Under the pieces are notes generated by a model. The model saw nothing but the letters and a program-made list of their open reading frames with translations. It had not been told where the DNA came from and did no database searches. DNA of 60,641 nt from a virus (taxonomy: Duplodnaviria; Caudoviricetes): IMG/VR virus record IMGVR_UViG_3300034737_000014, positions 1 to 60,641 of that record. One strand, given 5' to 3'. The position numbers and the translations under genes were made by a program. Shown here piece after piece: positions 55,378 to 60,641 of the stretch (position 1 is its first letter; every line of letters starts with the position of its first letter).

Positions 55378-56004
55378 ATGCCAGCCGTATTTATAAACAA
55401 TTACGCAACCACAACAACCTCCGCACTATCGTCGTCGGATACTAGCGTTAGCGTGGCCGATGCGCTACCGGCGCTCACTGGCAGCAACTATTATCTTCTG
55501 ACGTTTTTCTATGTCGATAACGGCGTCGAAACTAACAGAGAGATCGTTAAAGTCACGGCTGTAGGCAGCAACAACACGCTTACGATTGTTCGCGGCCAAG
55601 AGAACACTAACAGCTATGCGTGGGCGTCCGGTTCTAGGGTTGAGTTACGTGTCACATCTGCGCCGCTAAATGATTTCACTGCAAAAAAAGTAGATAAAGA
55701 TTCTGATACGGGCGCGGCGCTATTGCCATCTGGAACGACAGCACAACGCCCAGCAGACGGCCAAGCAAAACTGCGATTCAACACTGATCTCGCTAAGTTT
55801 GAAGGACATAATGGTAGTGCTTGGGGGTCATTAGGTGGGGCAACAGGTGGTGGTAATGACGCTGTATTTTATGTCAACGGGCAAACAGTAACAGCTAACT
55901 ATACTGTTCCTTCAGGGCAAAACGCCATGAGCGCGGGACCTATCACTATTGCGGATGGCGTAACAGTTACTATATCTGATGGTTCAGTTTGGACCATCGT
56001 TTAA
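55378..56004 (+). CDS. primary tail fibre with C-terminal docking-like domain
   Basis: EIVKVTA...RGQENT, LPSGTTAQRP...RFNTD...FEG and GGATGGG...NAMSAGPIT...WTIV. Confidence 0.65.
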   Translation: MPAVFINNYATTTTSALSSSDTSVSVADALPALTGSNYYLLTFFYVDNGVETNREIVKVTAVGSNNTLTIVRGQENTNSYAWASGSRVELRVTSAPLNDFTAKKVDKDSDTGAALLPSGTTAQRPADGQAKLRFNTDLAKFEGHNGSAWGSLGGATGGGNDAVFYVNGQTVTANYTVPSGQNAMSAGPITIADGVTVTISDGSVWTIV

Positions 56005-56015
56005 GGGGATTATAA

Positions 56016-57077
56016 ATGTCAGTAAAGGTAGACGGAACTTCCGGTATTAGTGCTATTCAATCAGTAGCATTAACAGATAAATTAGGTAGAAGAAACTACC
56101 TAATTAACGGTAATTTTGATAAATGGGATTATGCTACAAGCCAGACAGCGTCTGGATTTGGTTCTGATAATAGATGGAATAATCTAAATAATGGTTCAAC
56201 CAAGACGGCATCTCAACAAACCTGCGGCGATACAGAACGCGTGTTATTTAACGCTATGTATTTTAGTAGAACAAAAGTAACTACTTCGTCTGGTTCGAGT
56301 AACTACGTATCTAAAATACAACCTATAGAGAATGTTAATCTGTTAGCGGGTAAAACTGTTACATTATCCTTTTGGGCTAAAGCGGATGATAACAGAAATA
56401 TTGCTGTAGAGTTTCTTCAGAATTTTGGAACTGGTGGAAGCCCAAGTACATCAGTTACTGGTATTGGTTCTCAACTTGTTGCTTTAACTACGTCTTGGAA
56501 AAGGTATGTAGTTACTGTAACTATTCCATCTATTGTAGGAAAAACTCTTGGGTCAGATGGAGTACAGACTACATGGACAGGCTTAAACCTTTGGTTTGAC
56601 GCCGGCAGCAACTATGCAGCTCGTGCTGCTAACTTAGGGCAGCAATCAGGTACATTCGATATTGCTCAAGTTAAGATTGAAGATGGTTCAGTTGCTACTA
56701 ATGGCTGGCATCCTTATGACGGGGAGTTTGGCGGAGAAGTTGATGCCTGTGCTAGATACTATGAAAAAACTGACAGTTTTGGGGTCATCGTGGCTGAAGT
56801 AACTGACGTAGATAATCGCGGGGGAGGAGCGTGGCATTTTAGAAGTGTCAAGAGAGTAGTACCCACAATCATTTTTAATGGGGCGCTATCTAACTACAAT
56901 ATTCATAACTACAGTACAGACACAGACGTCGCTGTAACTGGCATGAGCTGTGTTGCTACAAATTTAAGCAGTACAAGAATTTTAGCTTCATCCTCCTCCA
57001 ATATCTCAAGAGGTCATGGCACTGATATTTCTTCAACTAACGCCAATGCGTTTATTGCTGCTTCAGCAGAGTTCTAA
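56016..57077 (+). CDS. receptor-binding fibre with carbohydrate-binding-like domain
   Basis: RNYLINGNF..W, VTLSFWAK, VKIEDGSVAT and CARYYEK. Confidence 0.7.
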   Translation: MSVKVDGTSGISAIQSVALTDKLGRRNYLINGNFDKWDYATSQTASGFGSDNRWNNLNNGSTKTASQQTCGDTERVLFNAMYFSRTKVTTSSGSSNYVSKIQPIENVNLLAGKTVTLSFWAKADDNRNIAVEFLQNFGTGGSPSTSVTGIGSQLVALTTSWKRYVVTVTIPSIVGKTLGSDGVQTTWTGLNLWFDAGSNYAARAANLGQQSGTFDIAQVKIEDGSVATNGWHPYDGEFGGEVDACARYYEKTDSFGVIVAEVTDVDNRGGGAWHFRSVKRVVPTIIFNGALSNYNIHNYSTDTDVAVTGMSCVATNLSSTRILASSSSNISRGHGTDISSTNANAFIAASAEF

Positions 57078-57091
57078 GAGGAATTAAAACA

Positions 57092-57442
57092 ATGGTCTAT
57101 ACGATTGAAATTACCTCTGTTAAAATCCAATCTAACGGTTGGTTACTAAACGGAAATACACATGTCCCTGATGCCCCAGGCAATAAAGAACGAGAAGCTA
57201 TTCTAAAATGGATTGCAGAAGGTAATACACCTGAACCACAATTCACAGATGAAGAACTAGCTGCTAACAAAAAAGCGAAAGCTATATCAGATGCTAGGAC
57301 TGTATTAGCTTCAACTGGGTGGATTATGGAAAAGTATACTGATTTGGTTGTAATACAAAAACTTATGGCAGAAGAAGAGTTTAATACCAAATATGCAGCC
57401 GTATTAAAGCAAAGAAATGATGCAAGAGAGGCGCTTAAATGA
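57092..57442 (+). CDS. fibre assembly chaperone-like protein
   Basis: VPDAPGN...WIAEGNTPEP and LASTGW...R..AR. Confidence 0.6.
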   Translation: MVYTIEITSVKIQSNGWLLNGNTHVPDAPGNKEREAILKWIAEGNTPEPQFTDEELAANKKAKAISDARTVLASTGWIMEKYTDLVVIQKLMAEEEFNTKYAAVLKQRNDAREALK

Positions 57443-57897
57443 GTTCATTAGCCTGTAAGAATGTAAAGATACAAGATACTAATGGAAATGTAGCAAGTAC
57501 GATAAGTTGGGACGGCAATAATGTTACATTTGATAAGCCTGTATTAGTACCAACTGCGCCTGTTGGCACGAAAAACACCCAAGTAGCTACAACCGCTTTT
57601 GCTATGGGGGCTGGCGTTGGTAGCAACCAAACTTGGCAGGATGTAAAATCAAATAGAGCACTGGGCACTACATATACAAATTCTACTGGAAAACCTATTA
57701 TTGTCTCCGTTAGGTATGAGATTACTGGTATTGCAGTCTCTATGATAGTAGATGGCGTAACTGTGGCGTCATTCTATAATTCAACTAACTCACAGTTAGG
57801 GGTCACTCAACAAGTAGTAGTGCCAAATGGTTCTACTTATACGGTTACTGCTTCGTCTGGCTCTCCAACGCTAACAATATGGACTGAACTTAGATAA
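57439..57897 (+). CDS. short tail fibre module
   Basis: PTAPVG...TQVATTAF, GSNQTWQDV, YTNSTGKPI, VPNGSTY and WTELR. Confidence 0.7.
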   Translation: MSSLACKNVKIQDTNGNVASTISWDGNNVTFDKPVLVPTAPVGTKNTQVATTAFAMGAGVGSNQTWQDVKSNRALGTTYTNSTGKPIIVSVRYEITGIAVSMIVDGVTVASFYNSTNSQLGVTQQVVVPNGSTYTVTASSGSPTLTIWTELR

Positions 57898-58214
57898 TGG
57901 AGAACACAATGAAATACTATAAAGATGTAAACAATAATGTATACGCATACGAGTTAGATGGTTCACAGGATTATCTAATAGGTGATAAAGTCGCTATGAC
58001 GTCTGATGAAGTTGAAGCACACCTTAACCCATCTATTACACCAGAGCAACTCACTCAAAACCGTATCAACGAACTTAAATCACTTTTATCTAGTACGGAC
58101 TTCAAAGTATTACCAGATTATCAACAACGCAGCGGTAAAACTGATGCGGAAATGGCACAGATACTTTCAGATCGTAAAGCATGGTATGATGAATTGAAGG
58201 GGCTAACTAAATGA
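57897..58214 (+). CDS. fibre assembly chaperone-like protein
   Basis: MKYYKD.NNNVYAYE.DGSQD and LSSTDFKVLPDY. Confidence 0.6.
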   Translation: MENTMKYYKDVNNNVYAYELDGSQDYLIGDKVAMTSDEVEAHLNPSITPEQLTQNRINELKSLLSSTDFKVLPDYQQRSGKTDAEMAQILSDRKAWYDELKGLTK

Positions 58215-58750
58215 GCGGTAGTATTGGAAGCAACTCTAATGGAGACTTAGAGTTATATAGTGGCTCTACAAAAGTATTAACAGCACATGCTACAACAGGA
58301 GTTACCGATTTTGTAAAAACACCAACAGCACCTACACCTACCGCTGGCGCGAATGATACCCAGGTGGCTACTACTGCAATGGTACATGCGGCAATTACAA
58401 ATGATTTGCATGTTACGGGGGCTGCGCCTATGTACGCTTGCAGAGCATGGGTGAATTTTGATGGTACACAATCAACTCCATCTATTAGAGGAAGTGGTAA
58501 TATTAGTAGTGTTACAAAAAACGGTACGGGTAACTATACTATGAGTTTTACAACAGCTATGCCTGATGTAAAATATGTATCGGTTTTTGGTGGTAGAAAC
58601 AATGGCGACGGAAACGGTTGTTGGCTGGCAGAATACGGTGATCCTTCTACACAAGCAGGGAAAACAACTACTTCTCTAACAGTTGCGAATTATAAAGACG
58701 ATGGTACTTCTCTTGATATGTCTACTTTTATGACTACAATCTTTAGATAA
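58211..58750 (+). CDS. short tail fibre module
   Basis: PTAPTP..G.NDTQVATTA and CRAWVNFDG...SGNISSV...GTGNY...F.TAMPD..Y. Confidence 0.7.
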   Translation: MSGSIGSNSNGDLELYSGSTKVLTAHATTGVTDFVKTPTAPTPTAGANDTQVATTAMVHAAITNDLHVTGAAPMYACRAWVNFDGTQSTPSIRGSGNISSVTKNGTGNYTMSFTTAMPDVKYVSVFGGRNNGDGNGCWLAEYGDPSTQAGKTTTSLTVANYKDDGTSLDMSTFMTTIFR

Positions 58751-58764
58751 AAAGGAAAAAACAA

Positions 58765-59037
58765 ATGGTAGTAATTTACGAAAAACCAGATAAGTCAGTT
58801 TCAGTATTAACCCCAACACAAGAAGCATTAAGCTTTGCTACGATTCAGCAAATCGCCGAGAAAGATGTACCTTATAATCTACCCTACTGGATTGTCGATG
58901 AAACAACTTTACCAGATGCACCAATAGAGTATTGGCAGTTAGATGGAACACAAGGCACACCAGACGGTTTCGGCGGCGAATCTAACGAGTTTGACGCTGA
59001 GTTATTAGAAAAGTTTAAGCAAGGAGTTATCGGATGA
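58765..59037 (+). CDS. fibre-associated small protein
   Basis: IAEKDVP...YWIVD...LP and PDGFG. Confidence 0.6.
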   Translation: MVVIYEKPDKSVSVLTPTQEALSFATIQQIAEKDVPYNLPYWIVDETTLPDAPIEYWQLDGTQGTPDGFGGESNEFDAELLEKFKQGVIG

Positions 59038-59318
59038 TCACGGTTAATAAAGATAAAGTTTCACAACAGTTCGCTCAACAAGCTAAATCCGCTGTTTATG
59101 ATTTACTCGACCAAACTGCACAAAACTACGATTATCGTAGTTTCGCTGAAGTAGCGCAGTTTGTAAATAGCAACGTATGGAAGGCGGAAGCGGACGGTTT
59201 ATTGGCTTGGCAAGATGCTGTTTGGCTAAAAGCTTACGAACTACTAAAAGAGCCTATTACAAACATTTTTGATTTTATGGCGCAGTTGCCAAAGTATGTT
59301 CCATCTAGTGGTTCTTAA
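59034..59318 (+). CDS. fibre-associated small protein (DUF4376-like)
   Basis: LDQTAQ.YDY.S and EA..L.AWQDAVW. Confidence 0.55.
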   Translation: MITVNKDKVSQQFAQQAKSAVYDLLDQTAQNYDYRSFAEVAQFVNSNVWKAEADGLLAWQDAVWLKAYELLKEPITNIFDFMAQLPKYVPSSGS

Positions 59319-59393
59319 GATTTAATAGCCTATTATTACTGATAGGAAATTCATGGTTAGTAAGAGAGTTATTTTAGGTGTAGAGGGCACACA

Positions 59394-59678
59394 GTGGCAG
59401 AAGAAACATTTAACAGACGTAGCACTGATGCAAATTATATACAGCTTAGGGGTGAGCTTGAGTTATTAAAGCAGAGCCTAGATAGCCGTATTAATGGGCT
59501 TTCGGAAAAACACGGCGATTTACGTGGGGATGTTGATGCTCTAACTAAAGCAGTCCAAGGACTAACTAATACAGTTAGTAGTGCAGTTAAGTACATCCTA
59601 GGCGGGGCGGCTGTTATCAGTTTCCTAATGTCTGGTTACGGCATTAAAATACTAACGGTCCTGGGAGGTGGCACTTAA
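59394..59678 (+). CDS. coiled-coil protein with C-terminal TM (holin/XhlA-like)
   Basis: NRRSTD motif, coiled coil, then TM helix. Confidence 0.55.
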   Translation: MAEETFNRRSTDANYIQLRGELELLKQSLDSRINGLSEKHGDLRGDVDALTKAVQGLTNTVSSAVKYILGGAAVISFLMSGYGIKILTVLGGGT

Positions 59679-60166
59679 TGTCCCAGATTGATAGACAAAT
59701 TTTCTACTTCCAGTGGTTTAATCGTTTATTTTTAATGATGCTAGCGTTGACTGTAGCTGTTTTAACCTATTGGACCCTTGAGCCTGACCCATTGCAAGTA
59801 TATTATGTAGACGGCGAAATAAACTGGTCTACTTGTGCCCACAGGGAGTATAGCTTTGATCGTTATGTTAGGTCTGAGAAAGACTTAACAATTATCGTAC
59901 AAGAACGGTGGCATGACCTTGATGGCATGATGGATTATAATGGCATAGAAGGCGAATACGTATATGGCGACATTATTACTTATACGCTAGGAGCAGGCTT
60001 TAATAAAGTTATGACGTTTAATAAAAAAGTACCTAAAGATATTCCTGTAGGTAGGTATGAATATAGGCCTTGGGCTACGTATAAAGTTAATCCGATTAAA
60101 ACAATCACTCGCTTACTACCGGTACAAGAAGTTACAGTGGTTTGTAGCGCAAAAAAGGATGAATAG
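59678..60166 (+). CDS. membrane-anchored periplasmic protein
   Basis: Single N-terminal TM, Ig-like beta domain, two Cys. Confidence 0.55.
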   Translation: MSQIDRQIFYFQWFNRLFLMMLALTVAVLTYWTLEPDPLQVYYVDGEINWSTCAHREYSFDRYVRSEKDLTIIVQERWHDLDGMMDYNGIEGEYVYGDIITYTLGAGFNKVMTFNKKVPKDIPVGRYEYRPWATYKVNPIKTITRLLPVQEVTVVCSAKKDE

Positions 60167-60169
60167 AAA

Positions 60170-60641
60170 ATGGAATTTGTTTTAACATTACTAGCAGCCA
60201 CCTCGATATTATGGGGCGCCGTATTCAAAGACGCCGATGCCGCTGACTTCCAGCGCACAACAATATCTTACCTGGCTGGGGACGGCTATGTCACTGGGGA
60301 ACACCAACGAAACATCATCAGCCTCGACACCATCAACGCAGGTAGCGCAGGATTGTTATATGCAAACATCGACCTACAAAGCTTTACTGGACCAAAAGCG
60401 TACAGCGTTAGCCGCATTGTCGGGCATCTTGGTACAGGATTACATCTCGCAGGACAGCTCCAAAATGCACAAGGATACAGCAATACCAATGTTGGTTTGG
60501 GTTACGATTGGTTTACTTCTAATGGCTTTATTGGTGCAGATGTATATTATCGTACAGATAACCTGAGAGGTGATGGTGTTTACGTATTTGGTTTTGCCCG
60601 TGTTGATCTCGGTAACAATTTTGCATTTGATGGTTTTGTTG
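60170..60641 (+). CDS. 5' part of Tsx/OmpK-like outer-membrane protein (214 aa after circularisation)
   Basis: MEFVLTLLAATSILWGAVFKDADA/ADFQRTTISYLAGDGY..., open to the window end and in frame with 1-228. Confidence 0.75.
   Translation, partial: MEFVLTLLAATSILWGAVFKDADAADFQRTTISYLAGDGYVTGEHQRNIISLDTINAGSAGLLYANIDLQSFTGPKAYSVSRIVGHLGTGLHLAGQLQNAQGYSNTNVGLGYDWFTSNGFIGADVYYRTDNLRGDGVYVFGFARVDLGNNFAFDGFV
60587..60641. repeat. 55-bp direct repeat identical to the window start
   Basis: Exact match to 1-55. Confidence 0.95.

Noticed and set aside
55378-59318. Diversity-generating retroelement or invertible fibre cassette
   Set aside because: No reverse transcriptase, invertase, TR/VR pair or inverted fibre copies were seen.
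60237-60566. 109-aa ORF in the track
   Set aside because: It is an alternative frame inside the longer junction-spanning OMP gene, which has a signal peptide and family motifs.

Overview
The window is an apparently complete, circularly assembled dsDNA phage genome of about 60,586 bp; the last 55 nt repeat the first 55 nt. The structural set is podovirus-like: P22-type portal, N4-gp56/DUF4043-type capsid, nozzle-like protein, ejection proteins, and no tape measure or sheath. A Gram-negative, probably gammaproteobacterial host is inferred from the spanins, an outer-membrane protein and class Ia NrdAB. There are two divergent arms. The minus arm (5.7-33.4 kb) carries early, anti-defence, nucleotide-metabolism and replication genes: ArdA, M28 peptidase, SNF2 helicase, PD-(D/E)XK nuclease, ThyX, NrdAB, PolA and primase-helicase. 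The plus arm (34.1 kb through the junction to 5.7 kb) carries packaging, head, ejection, multi-fibre tail and lysis genes. I recognised no integrase, CI-type repressor, RNA polymerase, tRNA or CRISPR array. The most notable observations are: (1) a Tsx/OmpK-like outer-membrane beta-barrel gene spanning the assembly junction, absent from the ORF track, inside the lysis cassette; (2) a palindromic operator AATAAG-N5-CTTATT at eight intergenic sites, mostly promoters or RBSs, one directly upstream of a ribbon-helix-helix gene; (3) a GNAT-like and a PAPS-reductase-family enzyme flanking two paralogous ejection proteins; (4) structured RNA leaders before the capsid and SSB-like genes; (5) a ~90-aa helical insertion in the PolA thumb; (6) a stand-alone NAD-ligase domain-Ia-like protein. 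All family calls come from motif recognition by eye, not database searches.
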